From an uncultured Candidatus Saccharibacteria bacterium (GTDB lineage Bacteria > Patescibacteriota > Dojkabacteria > J137): a stretch of 64,000 nt of DNA. The stretch spans positions 9,991 through 73,990 of the forward strand of contig CAZSKK010000002.1 of NCBI GenBank assembly GCA_964607415.1. The letters run 5' to 3'. The translations under genes and the position numbers were made by a program. Of the stretch, positions 29,498 to 42,405 are shown piece by piece; position 1 is the first letter of the stretch; each line of letters starts with the position of its first letter. The notes under the pieces are model-generated. The model did no database searches and was not told the DNA's origin. It was given only the letters and a program-made list of their open reading frames with translations.

Positions 29498-30982
29498 TTA
29501 TTTTCTCATCAATAAATCTATTTCATCTGGTTTGTTGCTGATTAATTTTGCTGTATCAAGAGAAATTAATCCCTGCTTAATCATACTTACCAATGATTTC
29601 TCCATTGACATCATTCCAATATCTTGACCTGTTTGAATCATATTGTCAATCTGATAGGTTTTTCCTTCTCGAATTGCATTTTTTACTGCAGGTGTTGCAA
29701 TTAAAATTTCAGTTGCAGCTCTTCTTCCTCCAGATGTTAAAGGTACAAGTCTTTGAGAAACGACAGCTGCAATTACATTGGCAAGTTGTGCCCTAATTTG
29801 TGCCTGCTGAGAGTCTGGAAAAACATCAATAATTCTATCAAGAGTTTGTGAAGCTGAATTTGTATGCAAAGTAGCAAATACAAGATGCCCTGTCTCAGAA
29901 ATAGTAATTGTTGTAGCAATAGTTTCATAATCCCTCATTTCTCCGACAAGTACAACATCCGGATCCTGTCTTAATACTGATCTTAAAGCCTTTTGCCAAC
30001 CAGAAAAATCTATTCCAAATTCTCTCTGGTCAATTAAACCAACACCTGCTGGAAAAACAAATTCAATTGGATCTTCAAGTGTGATTATATGCCTTGGCTG
30101 ATTTAAATTAATATCATTTAAAATTGAAGCTAAAGTTGTAGATTTACCACTCCCTGTTGGTCCAGTTACTAGAACTAAACCATTTGGAAGCTTTCCAAAT
30201 TCCCTTAAAATATTTGGTAGCATCAATTCTTCAGTAGTTAGAATTCTTTCAGGAATTAATCTCATTACAGCAGAATATTGTCCTTTTTGTTTAAAGATAT
30301 TTACTCTGAATCTTCGTGTTTGATATGTATAGCTCAAATCTTCTTGTTCTATGTTCTCAACACTTATATTTTTTCTAGATACCACTAGTTTATTAACGTA
30401 TTCAAACATTTGATCTGGTGTAATTGTCTGGGAATTGATACTTCGTAAGCTTCCATCTACTCTTACAATTGCTCTATATCCAACTGTCAAATGCAAGTCT
30501 GAAGCATTAAGTCTAATTGCTTCTGTGCAAAGTTCATCTAAAGAATAAACCTTCGACTGTAACTCAGTAACATTCAAATTTTCAGCTTGAGATTGCATAC
30601 TACGATTAGGTTCTGAATTATTCTGAGTTTTAACAAGATCTTCTGTAGTTAGTAATGATTGGGTTTCAATATTGGCTGGTTTTGGTGCTTCAACTGGTAG
30701 GGGTGGAAGCTTTGAATTTAAATCCTTTAGTTTTTGTTCCAATTCTGTTGAGACGTCCTTTATCTCATCCTGATTTATTTCTACATTTGAAGGTTTAGAA
30801 ATACTCTTTATTCCTTTTTCATCTGTTGTTACCTTAAAGTCATCCGCCATTTCAATTTGTTTAGGAGATTGAACAGAATCTGTGTCCGAATGAGAAGTAT
30901 ACTGCATAGATAAAGGTGTTTGGCCCGTTGTTGCGCCAGGGGTTCCAGATGCATTTTGATTTGTTATATCTATAATAGGCAT
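29498..30982 (-). CDS. pilT: type IV pilus retraction ATPase PilT with long N-terminal extension
   Basis: ASDLHL, GPTGSGKSTT, EDPIEF, LRQDPDVVLVGEMRD, ETGHLVFATLHT, AIREGK. Confidence 0.95.
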   Translation of the reverse strand: MPIIDITNQNASGTPGATTGQTPLSMQYTSHSDTDSVQSPKQIEMADDFKVTTDEKGIKSISKPSNVEINQDEIKDVSTELEQKLKDLNSKLPPLPVEAPKPANIETQSLLTTEDLVKTQNNSEPNRSMQSQAENLNVTELQSKVYSLDELCTEAIRLNASDLHLTVGYRAIVRVDGSLRSINSQTITPDQMFEYVNKLVVSRKNISVENIEQEDLSYTYQTRRFRVNIFKQKGQYSAVMRLIPERILTTEELMLPNILREFGKLPNGLVLVTGPTGSGKSTTLASILNDINLNQPRHIITLEDPIEFVFPAGVGLIDQREFGIDFSGWQKALRSVLRQDPDVVLVGEMRDYETIATTITISETGHLVFATLHTNSASQTLDRIIDVFPDSQQAQIRAQLANVIAAVVSQRLVPLTSGGRRAATEILIATPAVKNAIREGKTYQIDNMIQTGQDIGMMSMEKSLVSMIKQGLISLDTAKLISNKPDEIDLLMRK

Positions 30983-31071
30983 TTTCTTAATTTAAAAATT
31001 CGGACACTTAAGTTTAGATCAAATTTTAAATCTATGCAATTTAAGAATAAACTCCTTTTGACTCATTGCCA

Positions 31072-32931
31072 TTATTCATTTTTAACCCTTAGGACTTCTT
31101 CTATCGTTGTTATTCCTTCCAAGGCTTTTATAAACCCATCTTGAATCATTGTAATCATACCTTCTTGAACACCAATTTTTTGGATTTCTGAAATCGCCTT
31201 CTTTTCTATAACTGCTTTTGATATATTTTCAGACATTTTCATAGCTTCAAAAATTCCAGTTCTACTAATATAACCAGAATCATTACATTTAGGGCAACCA
31301 ACTGCCTTATAAAGCGTGAGATTTTGACTATTTTTATCAAAATGTAACTTAAGACTCTTATCTTCATTTAATAAGTTAAATCCACCAAGTAAGTCTAGTT
31401 CTTCGTGAATTTTATCTGAAATTTCTTTTGGGGCTGCATAAGGTTCCTTGCATTCACAAAGAACTCTAACAAGCCTTTGAGCTACAACGATATTAACTGT
31501 AGAAGAGAGTAGGAATGGTTCAACTCCCATATCTATTAACCTTGGGAACGCTCCTGCTGAGCTATTTGTGTGAATTGTAGAAAGTACAAGCCTTCCCACA
31601 AGAGCAGCTTGAATTGCAAGATTTGCTGTTTCTGAATCTCTTACCTCTCCAACCATAATAACATCTGGGTCCTGTCTTAAAATCGACCTTAAGCCTGAAG
31701 CAAAAGTTAACCCAACTTCGGAATTTACTTGTACAGCATTAACTCCATCTAATTTTATCTCCACAGGATCTTCAAGTGTAATAATGTTAACTTCGGATGA
31801 ATTTAAAATCTTTAAGCAAGAAGCAAGTGTTTGGGTTTTACCACTACCTGTTGGGCCAGTAACTAAAATTACACCTTGCGTCTTACTCAAGGCATCTTTT
31901 AATCTTGTAAAGCTAACACCCCTAATACCAAGATCCTCAAGGTCTTTTATTCCTTGAGTTTTTTCAAGAAGTCTCATTACTATTTTTTCTCCATGGATTG
32001 CAGGAAGCACTGAAACTCTAACATCCAAAAGAGCAGAAGAACTTTTTACCTGAAAACGACCGTCCTGAGGAATTCTATGTTCATCAATTTTTAAATTCGA
32101 AAGTATTTTAATTCGAGTAACAACAGACGAAAGTAATTTTTTTGGTAAAGTAAGTTTTTCATATAAAATTCCCCTTATTCTAAACCTAACAACAATTCTG
32201 TTTTCTTGCGGTTCAATATGAATATCTGAGGCCTTATTCTTAATTCCATAATCCAAAATCATATTGATAATTCTAATCATTGGGGCTTCTTCTACATTAT
32301 CAATTTTACTTTCAGTATAAGAATTAATATCCAAAGATCCTTCCCCTACATCCTCTAAAGCCAAATCTACATCTTCGCCTAATTGTGCTCCATATTTAGT
32401 ATCAATAATCTGAATAATATCGTCATAACTGGCATAGTATGGTTCTATTGTTTTTTTTAAAATTGATTCAAGATATTTAATTTTTTGAAGATCTAGAGGA
32501 TCCAGCAATGCAACTTTAAATCTATTTGGCGTTTCTTCAAAAACAATAGCCATATTGTTTTTAGCAGTCTCGGCGTTAATCTTGTTTAAAGTCTCAAATT
32601 TAAGATCTATTGCTTTAAGATCTATAAAATCCAAGCCTTTCATTTCGGCAAAAGTTCTCGCAATAGCATCTGCAGATATTATTTTATGGTCTCTTAGCAA
32701 AGCCTCTTGTGACTTTCCTGAATTTATTGACTCAAACTTTATTGAATTATATTGATCAATTGTTATTAACCCTTTAGCCAAAAGAGCATCCAATATATTA
32801 TTTAATCCTTTTACATCTGTTTTTTGAACTCCAGATGTCACTTGCGCTTTAGGATCAGAGCTCAAAAGCTGCCTGGTTTTTTCCACCAGACTTGCTTGAT
32901 TACTTGTAGGAGGGTTGGAATTTTGATTCAT
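31072..32931 (-). CDS. pilB: type IV pilus extension ATPase PilB/GspE
   Basis: ASDIHIEP, PQDGRF, GPTGSGKT, RQDPDVIMVGEVRD, CECK...CPKC. Confidence 0.95.
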   Translation of the reverse strand: MNQNSNPPTSNQASLVEKTRQLLSSDPKAQVTSGVQKTDVKGLNNILDALLAKGLITIDQYNSIKFESINSGKSQEALLRDHKIISADAIARTFAEMKGLDFIDLKAIDLKFETLNKINAETAKNNMAIVFEETPNRFKVALLDPLDLQKIKYLESILKKTIEPYYASYDDIIQIIDTKYGAQLGEDVDLALEDVGEGSLDINSYTESKIDNVEEAPMIRIINMILDYGIKNKASDIHIEPQENRIVVRFRIRGILYEKLTLPKKLLSSVVTRIKILSNLKIDEHRIPQDGRFQVKSSSALLDVRVSVLPAIHGEKIVMRLLEKTQGIKDLEDLGIRGVSFTRLKDALSKTQGVILVTGPTGSGKTQTLASCLKILNSSEVNIITLEDPVEIKLDGVNAVQVNSEVGLTFASGLRSILRQDPDVIMVGEVRDSETANLAIQAALVGRLVLSTIHTNSSAGAFPRLIDMGVEPFLLSSTVNIVVAQRLVRVLCECKEPYAAPKEISDKIHEELDLLGGFNLLNEDKSLKLHFDKNSQNLTLYKAVGCPKCNDSGYISRTGIFEAMKMSENISKAVIEKKAISEIQKIGVQEGMITMIQDGFIKALEGITTIEEVLRVKNE

Positions 32932-33059
32932 ATCCTATACTATTTATTAGATAGTAAGATTTTACTTAATTAAATATAATTAGTAGGCTAGTATTATCTT
33001 TTAAAGATTAAACATAGCTAATCTAGCTAAGATACATTATATATTCAATTCGGTCAAAA

Positions 33060-33713
33060 ATGAAATACCAATCTGTAATATTCTTTCATGGAGATAAAGA
33101 GCCTACAACAAAAGAGATCATAGAAACTGTAGCCGAAAAATTTCATGAAACATTAGATAATTTTGATAAATTTAATCAAATAGAAATTTTCACGGAAGAC
33201 AATAAGCTTGGAATTTCCGATGTAAGGTCAATTAACGAATGGAACGCTATGAAAACTGAAGATAAGATTAAGTTAAGCTTAATTAGACAAGCTGAGAAGT
33301 TAACTGTTGAAGCTCAAAATGCTATTTTAAAAGTAGTAGAAGAACCCAATGAAAATACGTTAATAGTTTTATCTACTAATAATATTGACTCTCTTCTAGA
33401 AACAGTTAAGTCAAGATGCTTAATCATTACTTTTAAACAAAAAGAAAATAATAATGAAAACTCTGAACTTGTAAATACCTTCCTGAACTCAGACTTTCTG
33501 CAAAGGTCAGTAATCTTAGAAAACCTGGCAAGAGAAAATAGAGCAGTAATAAAAGACTTTTTATACATTCTAATAAAAAAAACAGTTGAGAATGATGGCC
33601 ACAACACCAAACTAGTTGAAACAATCAAAGCTTCTTACATTGGAATTGAAATGAGCACCAATACAAAGCTTAGTCTGGATGTAATAAATATTGCCCTTTT
33701 AGAAAAAGAATAG
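33060..33713 (+). CDS. holB: DNA polymerase III delta-prime-like subunit (short form)
   Basis: AEKLTVEAQNAILKVVEEP, LLETVKSRC. Confidence 0.75.
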   Translation: MKYQSVIFFHGDKEPTTKEIIETVAEKFHETLDNFDKFNQIEIFTEDNKLGISDVRSINEWNAMKTEDKIKLSLIRQAEKLTVEAQNAILKVVEEPNENTLIVLSTNNIDSLLETVKSRCLIITFKQKENNNENSELVNTFLNSDFLQRSVILENLARENRAVIKDFLYILIKKTVENDGHNTKLVETIKASYIGIEMSTNTKLSLDVINIALLEKE

Positions 33714-33835
33714 TATCCTTAAGTAAGTTTATAGTCTTCAGTTAACAGTTATTAAGACTTTATTAACAATATTATAAAGCTTTAACTGAAATTTAGATAA
33801 TCTTAAAACTTATTACTTATTACTTAAAACTTTAT

Positions 33836-34348
33836 ATGAAGAAATTATCCTTTTTAGTTTATGCCTGGGGTACAACAATTTTATTCGCTGGGCTTATTTA
33901 TTGGCTTGCAACAATTCCAAATCTGGATGCAGGAGATGAAGTAACTGATGAACTTGTAAAAGTTATTTTCAAAATGACTTTGTATTCAATTCTTTTTATC
34001 TTGGTTTACAGATCAATAATAATAACGTTAAAAAGTACAGTGACACGACTTGCATCATGGAGATCTAAAAAGGAAAAGACTGAAGATGCTGAATTTGTTT
34101 TAATAATAGAAACTTTAGTAGTAATTATTACAGCACTTGGAACAACATTATTTTCAATTTTTGAGGAATACGTACAGAATTTTGTAGATGGAAGAACTGC
34201 TGATGTCAAAGATGTTTTAATAAGTGTTATGGCAATTCTATTAACCTCAATTGTAGTTTACAGTGTTCCTGTAATTGGAGAGTTAGAATATGCTATTAGA
34301 CATAGTCTACAGAGATCTTCTAAAAAAGATTCTACTGATAAAACCTAA
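33836..34348 (+). CDS. VanZ-like membrane protein
   Basis: Four TM segments; EEYVQNFVDGRTADVKD resembles the VanZ motif. Confidence 0.65.
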   Translation: MKKLSFLVYAWGTTILFAGLIYWLATIPNLDAGDEVTDELVKVIFKMTLYSILFILVYRSIIITLKSTVTRLASWRSKKEKTEDAEFVLIIETLVVIITALGTTLFSIFEEYVQNFVDGRTADVKDVLISVMAILLTSIVVYSVPVIGELEYAIRHSLQRSSKKDSTDKT

Positions 34349-34476
34349 TTCATTTGGAGCTTAAAGTGCCATGTGATTTAGCGATTGAGTGGTAGATGAA
34401 TACTTTCATTTTTCCCAAATTCAGTGTAAAATCATATGCGCTCGAATATAACTATTCACTACAGGATGGATTCTAA

Positions 34477-36423
<1,947 letters not shown>

Positions 36424-36511
36424 AAATATTTAAATCAATAAACATAATTAAATTTTAATTCTTGCTTTATGATTCATAACTGCTTTTTATGAATCATAAG
36501 TCTAAAAATCT

Positions 36512-39190
36512 ATGGCTGACAACGATAACACTAAACCAAAAGAACAACCAATAGATACAGAAAAAAAAGTAGAACAAACTACCTTAAATTCTGTAGCTAT
36601 CAATGACAACGTAACTTCACAAAATATTGTAGATGAAATGAAGAAAAGTTACATTGACTATGCAATGAGTGTTATTGTTGCAAGAGCACTACCCGATGTA
36701 CGTGATGGCTTGAAACCTGTTCAAAGAAGAATTTTATATGCTATGTACAAAATGGGTATTACTCCCGGATCTTCCTATAAGAAAGTTGCAAGAATCTCAG
36801 GGGAAGTTATGGGTAAATATCACCCTCATGGAGACGCTTCAATCAATGATGCATTAGTAAGGTTAGCTCAAGACTTTAACATGAGATACCCGCTAATAGA
36901 CGGACAAGGAAACTTTGGGTCCGTTGATGGCGATCCTGCGGCTGCTGCAAGATATATTGAAGCAAGATTAGATAAGAATGGTGCCAAAATGCTTGAGGAA
37001 ATAGATAAAATGACTGTTGATTTTGGACCCAACTATGATGGTAACGAGATTGAACCCAAAGTATTACCAACTATTCTACCAACACTTCTTTTAAACGGTA
37101 GTGAAGGAATTGCTGTCGGAATGGCAACTAAAATTCCTCCACATAGTCTCTCTGAAGTTATTGACGCTACAGTAAAATTAATTGATTCGGGCAACAAATG
37201 GAATTTTGATGAAATAAAAAAGCTTAACCTTGATTACGAAAAAGATTTACGAACAGTTGCAGATATTCAGAATTTACCTGCTGGCAGATACCACAAGTTT
37301 GAATCTGAATTAACGATTTCGGACATTTTAACCGAGCTTAAAGGCCCAGATTTCCCTACTGCAGCAGAATTCTACTATTCGGATGAGGTTAAAGAAGTTT
37401 ATGAGACAGGAAGGGGAAGAATTGTAATGAGAGGTGTTTCTAAAATAGAAGAAGTTAAGGGAGGTAGATTCAGAATTGTAATTACGGAAATCCCTTATCA
37501 GGTAAATAAGGCAAGCCTGATTGTAAAAATTGCTCAATTATATAAAGATAAGAAAATAGAAGGAATATCAGATATTAGAGATGAGTCCAACAATAGAGAA
37601 GGTATTAGAATTGTAATTGATCTTAAAAAAGACGCAAAACCAAAAACTGTACAGAATCAACTTTATAAGTATACTGAACTTCAAAAAGCATTTAATGCTA
37701 ACATGTTAGCTTTAGTCAATGGAGAACCTAAACTTCTAAACTTAAAAGAAATTCTTCAATATTTCATAATTCATAGACAAGAAATTTTAATAAGAAGAAA
37801 CGAATTTGAACTCGGGAAATTAAGAGAAAGGGAGCACATTCTACAAGGTTTGATGATTGCTCTTGATAATATCGATGAAATTATAAGTACAATTAGAAAT
37901 TCTAAAGATGCAGAAACTGCAAAAACCGCTTTAATGGCTAAATTTAAGCTTTCTGACATTCAATCTCAAGCTATTTTAGACATGCAATTAAGAAAACTTG
38001 CAGCACTAGAAAGGCAAAAGATCGAAGAAGAATATAAACAAGTACAGCAAAGTATTAAAGATACATTAGCTTTATTGACCTCACCAGAGAAAATATTAAG
38101 TGCAATTAAAACAGAACTATTAGAAGTTAAGGAAAAGTTTGGAGATGGTAGAAAAACTAAGATAATAAACGGTAAACCAGGCGAAATCAATGAAGAGGAC
38201 TTGATACCCAAAGAAGAGACTTTCGTAACAATTAGCGAACAAGGTTATGTTAAAAGAGTTAAGAATGATTCTTATCAATCGCAAAAAAGAGGAGGAGTGG
38301 GCAAAAAAGCTATGACTACGAAAGAAGATGATGCTGTAAGACACGTATTTAACTGTAATACTCATGATGAAGTCATGTTCTTTTCTAACAAGGGAAAAGT
38401 TTATGCACTAAAGGTTTACGAGATTCCTGAATATTCAAGGGTCGCTAAAGGACTACCTTTGGTAAATTTAATCAATATCGAGCCTGATGAACTAATAACA
38501 AGCGTTTTAACAAGAAGCGCAGATGGCTACATACTTGATGAAGATACAACTCAGGAAGGAGAGCAAAAGACAGAAAATAAAGGCTCAAAATACAAATTTT
38601 TATTTATGGCTACAAAACTAGGGGTTGTTAAGAAAACTGAGATTGAGTTATTCGATAATATTAGATCCAACGGACTTATTGCAATTAACTTAGACCAAGG
38701 TGATGAGCTTGTATGGGTTAAACCTACAACAGGATCTAATACAGTTATTTTAATTACCAAAGGTGCCAAATCAATCCACTTCAAAGAAGAAGATGTTAGA
38801 GAAACTGGTAGAGCTTCCCGAGGAGTTAGAGGTATTAAATTAAAAGCTGATGATATAGTTATTTCTATGGATGTTATCAGAAAACTTGAAGATTTTATGC
38901 TAACAATTTCCGAGAAAGGATTTGGGAAACTTACTGTTTTAGATAACTTTACAATCCAAAATAGAGGTGGTTCTGGTATTTTTGCAGCAAAAGTTGGAGA
39001 AAGAACTGGAAAACTTGCTATCGCAAGAGTTTTAGACCATCCACAAAAAGAACTTTTAATCCTAAGCGCCTTAGGAATTGGTGTTAAAATTCCAACAAAC
39101 GACTTACCTGTTCAAGGTAGACAAACATCAGGTGTGCGTTTAATGAAAGTTAAACAGGATGATAAAGTTGCAGCTATTGCAGTTGTATAA
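36512..39190 (+). CDS. gyrA: DNA gyrase subunit A
   Basis: RALPDVRDGLKPVQRR, HPHGD, AARY catalytic Tyr, GyrA box QKRGGVG, beta-pinwheel repeats. Confidence 0.97.
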   Translation: MADNDNTKPKEQPIDTEKKVEQTTLNSVAINDNVTSQNIVDEMKKSYIDYAMSVIVARALPDVRDGLKPVQRRILYAMYKMGITPGSSYKKVARISGEVMGKYHPHGDASINDALVRLAQDFNMRYPLIDGQGNFGSVDGDPAAAARYIEARLDKNGAKMLEEIDKMTVDFGPNYDGNEIEPKVLPTILPTLLLNGSEGIAVGMATKIPPHSLSEVIDATVKLIDSGNKWNFDEIKKLNLDYEKDLRTVADIQNLPAGRYHKFESELTISDILTELKGPDFPTAAEFYYSDEVKEVYETGRGRIVMRGVSKIEEVKGGRFRIVITEIPYQVNKASLIVKIAQLYKDKKIEGISDIRDESNNREGIRIVIDLKKDAKPKTVQNQLYKYTELQKAFNANMLALVNGEPKLLNLKEILQYFIIHRQEILIRRNEFELGKLREREHILQGLMIALDNIDEIISTIRNSKDAETAKTALMAKFKLSDIQSQAILDMQLRKLAALERQKIEEEYKQVQQSIKDTLALLTSPEKILSAIKTELLEVKEKFGDGRKTKIINGKPGEINEEDLIPKEETFVTISEQGYVKRVKNDSYQSQKRGGVGKKAMTTKEDDAVRHVFNCNTHDEVMFFSNKGKVYALKVYEIPEYSRVAKGLPLVNLINIEPDELITSVLTRSADGYILDEDTTQEGEQKTENKGSKYKFLFMATKLGVVKKTEIELFDNIRSNGLIAINLDQGDELVWVKPTTGSNTVILITKGAKSIHFKEEDVRETGRASRGVRGIKLKADDIVISMDVIRKLEDFMLTISEKGFGKLTVLDNFTIQNRGGSGIFAAKVGERTGKLAIARVLDHPQKELLILSALGIGVKIPTNDLPVQGRQTSGVRLMKVKQDDKVAAIAVV

Positions 39191-39271
39191 ATAAGTGTTA
39201 AAATTCATCACCCTATTATAATTTTAAGCTTTTAAAGTGATAAATTACTTATTACTTTATTTTTGCATATG

Positions 39272-39739
39272 GGTGATAATAATAACTTTGGTGATGGCAC
39301 TAATAGTGAAATTTTCGCTGACATAACGCCAACTTCTGTATCTGAAGATATAGCTAAGTTCATTGATACACTAAAATCAAATCTTGAGTCATCTAAATAC
39401 TCTGATACAGCTATTCAAGAATCAATAAACAGTATTCAACAAGGAATAAAGGCTCAGTTACTTGAGCTTTCGAAAATAAATGAGGCTTCAGCTTACACCT
39501 CAGAAATCATATCTGCATTTAGTAAAGATGGTGAAGATTTGAAGGTTTACATTTATAATGGAAGACTTCCGCAAATTTGTTCCATACAACGTGCAAGAAA
39601 ACTTCTACTTAATAGTGAGTTTTACACAATGAGCTTAGATTGGGAAATTCTACCCACTGTAAACCAGTATTGTTGTAATATTTACTTTCTAAACTTATTA
39701 GGCTACAACTTAACGGAATATTTAAGAAAAAAAGGATAA
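39272..39739 (+). CDS. hypothetical protein
   Basis: ~155-aa ORF (track 39263..39739; start uncertain, ATG near 39269) downstream of a TATAAT. Confidence 0.55.
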   Translation, partial: GDNNNFGDGTNSEIFADITPTSVSEDIAKFIDTLKSNLESSKYSDTAIQESINSIQQGIKAQLLELSKINEASAYTSEIISAFSKDGEDLKVYIYNGRLPQICSIQRARKLLLNSEFYTMSLDWEILPTVNQYCCNIYFLNLLGYNLTEYLRKKG

Positions 39740-40206
39740 ACTTTCAATATAAAAGTAAACAACTTCACAAATTGAATGGTAAAAAAGCTAAAAATCACCC
39801 TTTTCTATCCATAAACCGCTCAAATGTCCTATAGCAGGCCATTTTAGGCCGTAACGCTCTGAAATGAGCTAGAAGGGCATAGTTTTCCAAAAGCCGAGTA
39901 ACTTATCATCTAAAAATAGAGTAAAAAGTGAAAATTTTGAAAAAACTCAAAAAAGTAGTTTAAAAATAAAAATTTAAAAATTGTAAACTAATTTGAAATA
40001 GTAGTTAAGTGTGTAAGAATAGAGAAGTATAATTAGGTTTATAAAATACTATGATTTTTAAGTTCCCTTCTCTTCAATTTAACGCTTTACTAAATATAAG
40101 AGATATTATACTCAGTAAAAACATGCTAAAAAGATGCGATTTTAAATAGCCCCAACTACTCTATGTTTAAAAGTTTTTAATAAAAACTTAATATTATTCT
40201 GCTATT

Positions 40207-41364
40207 CTAGAAGACTAAACCATTAATACCCCATACACTATTGGAAACGAGTAGAATAGAAATAAGAAGAATTAGAAGGCTATACTCTAACCACACATAC
40301 TTTGTAAGATTTGTTCGCATTTCAAGGCTCATACTTAAAAGTACGTAATAAATCACTGCAGTTGATAAGATAGCATACACATAATTTACCGGCCAAACTG
40401 AGAATATAACTACAGCGAGCCCCATTAGGAAATAGATGTTTAATGACCTAGTTAGTACCTGTTGCAAGCTTATTTCCTTCAAGAACCAAATGCATGAGTA
40501 TGATAAGTAGAAAATAATCCCCGAAATAAAAATCAACCTAACTAGGAAGTCTAATTCTGATCCATAAACAAAAATCAAGGTTAAGTAAGTAGTTATTAAC
40601 GAAAATATAAACTGAGATGCTTTCGCAGCCTGCTCTAAAGGGATTTTCACGTATACAGATGTATTTAAAATATTTACAGTCAATAAGATTAAATAGACGC
40701 CTACTCCATAAGCAAGTGCAACACCCATAGAAAAAATAAACTTATTAGCCGTTGTATTAACACTTAAAAGCAAAGATAGCGTTAATGATAAAAGAGGCAT
40801 TGCTGCAACAGAAGGGAATACTCCTATAGTAAAGAATGTTATCTTTTTCAATTTAAAAAATAAAGTCCACAATGTCCCTAAAAGCAAGAACATTGAGCTT
40901 AAAATTAAATTTACTGCTATAAACCCATTAGAGTTATCCACATTCTCATTTATATTGGCTTTAAAAGAATTTATTTCAATATTAGGAATCGCATCAAATT
41001 CTACTCCACTCGATTTATTAGATGAATCATCTTCAGCATAAAATTTCACTCTGTACTCTACCCCATTCTCAAGGCCAGTAAGTAAAAATGCCGTTTCTTT
41101 TGTAAAGTATTCATTTACCTTATTCCCTGCCCTAAAAAGCTGTATTCTATATCCTTTAATATCAAATTCTTTATTGGCACTCCAGGAAAGATCTATCTCA
41201 CTTGATTTTTGAATAACCTCGATATTACTTACTTTTTTAGGACTAGTAATAATTTCATAAGTCCAGGTGCTTATAGGACTAATTGAAAAGAATAGAATGA
41301 TTGGAAGGACAAAACTTACCAACATCGCTCTCTGTCTTGTATTTAAATTCTTAAGAAATCTCAT
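40207..41364 (-). CDS. membrane protein: fibronectin type III domain plus multi-TM C-terminus (DUF5656-like)
   Basis: LSWSAN...GYRI...LTGLENGVEY FN3 pattern; LLTVNILN...IPLEQAA, SVWPV. Confidence 0.7.
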   Translation of the reverse strand: MRFLKNLNTRQRAMLVSFVLPIILFFSISPISTWTYEIITSPKKVSNIEVIQKSSEIDLSWSANKEFDIKGYRIQLFRAGNKVNEYFTKETAFLLTGLENGVEYRVKFYAEDDSSNKSSGVEFDAIPNIEINSFKANINENVDNSNGFIAVNLILSSMFLLLGTLWTLFFKLKKITFFTIGVFPSVAAMPLLSLTLSLLLSVNTTANKFIFSMGVALAYGVGVYLILLTVNILNTSVYVKIPLEQAAKASQFIFSLITTYLTLIFVYGSELDFLVRLIFISGIIFYLSYSCIWFLKEISLQQVLTRSLNIYFLMGLAVVIFSVWPVNYVYAILSTAVIYYVLLSMSLEMRTNLTKYVWLEYSLLILLISILLVSNSVWGINGLVF

Positions 41365-41398
41365 TATTTAATGTAAGTAATTGATAATTTATAAATTA

Positions 41399-42403
41399 CT
41401 AGGCTATATTATCATATTTATTACCATATAACCTTAAAGCATTATCTGTTACTACTCTGCCCCTTGGAGTTCTTTTCAGCAAGCCTTTTTTTATTAAAAA
41501 CGGTTCATAAACATCTTCAATTGTTTCGGCTTCTTCAGATATTGATGCAGCCAATGTGCTTAGCCCAACAGGTTTATTATCAAAATTTTTGATTATTGAA
41601 TACAGTAAATTTCTGTCTATTTCATCCAATCCAAACTCATCAACACCCAACAATTCAAGTGTTTTATAAACAGTATCGCTTGTAATTGATTTTTTTTCAT
41701 TAACTATTGCCATGTCGCGTACTCTTTTTAGTATTCTTATAGCGATTCTAGCGGTCATTCTGGCTCTTTGCGCTATAATCATCGCAGCTTCATCATCAAT
41801 TGAAATATTCATCATCCTAGCCTTTTGCTTCACTAATAAAACTAGCTCATCGTCGGAGTAAAAATCCAGCCTAAAGTTCATTCCAAATCTATCCCTTAAA
41901 GGTGCACTAATCATGGATAGCTTAGTTGTTGCCCCAATTATGGTAAACTCTGGAAGGTCTATTCTTAAGGTCTTTGCGTTTGGCCCTTTGCCGATAACAA
42001 TATCCAAAACACTATCTTCCATTGCTGGATACAAAATTTCTTCAATTGATTTTTTTAATCTATGAATTTCATCTATAAAAAGAATAGAAAATTGATCTAA
42101 AGATGTTAGTATTGCTGCCAAATCACCAGGCTTATCTATAGCACCTCCACTAGTCACATGAATCGGTACATTCATTTCTTTTGCAACAACATAAGAAAGT
42201 GTTGTTTTACCAAGGCCTGGCGGACCATGAAAAAGAATATGATCAATAGATTTGCTTCTTTTTTTTGCTGATTCAATCATGATTTTAAGACTTTTTTTCT
42301 CAATCTCTCTACCTATAATTTCAGCAAAGTTATCTGGTCTTAAATTACGCTCAAGCTCTACTTCAGATTCATTTTTTTGGTCATTAGTTAAAAACCTATC
42401 CAT
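41399..42403 (-). CDS. ruvB: Holliday junction branch migration helicase RuvB
   Basis: LRP, GPPGLGKTT, FIDEIHRL, LYPAMED, PLRDRFG, RTPRGR. Confidence 0.97.
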   Translation of the reverse strand: MDRFLTNDQKNESEVELERNLRPDNFAEIIGREIEKKSLKIMIESAKKRSKSIDHILFHGPPGLGKTTLSYVVAKEMNVPIHVTSGGAIDKPGDLAAILTSLDQFSILFIDEIHRLKKSIEEILYPAMEDSVLDIVIGKGPNAKTLRIDLPEFTIIGATTKLSMISAPLRDRFGMNFRLDFYSDDELVLLVKQKARMMNISIDDEAAMIIAQRARMTARIAIRILKRVRDMAIVNEKKSITSDTVYKTLELLGVDEFGLDEIDRNLLYSIIKNFDNKPVGLSTLAASISEEAETIEDVYEPFLIKKGLLKRTPRGRVVTDNALRLYGNKYDNIA

Positions 42404-42405
42404 AA

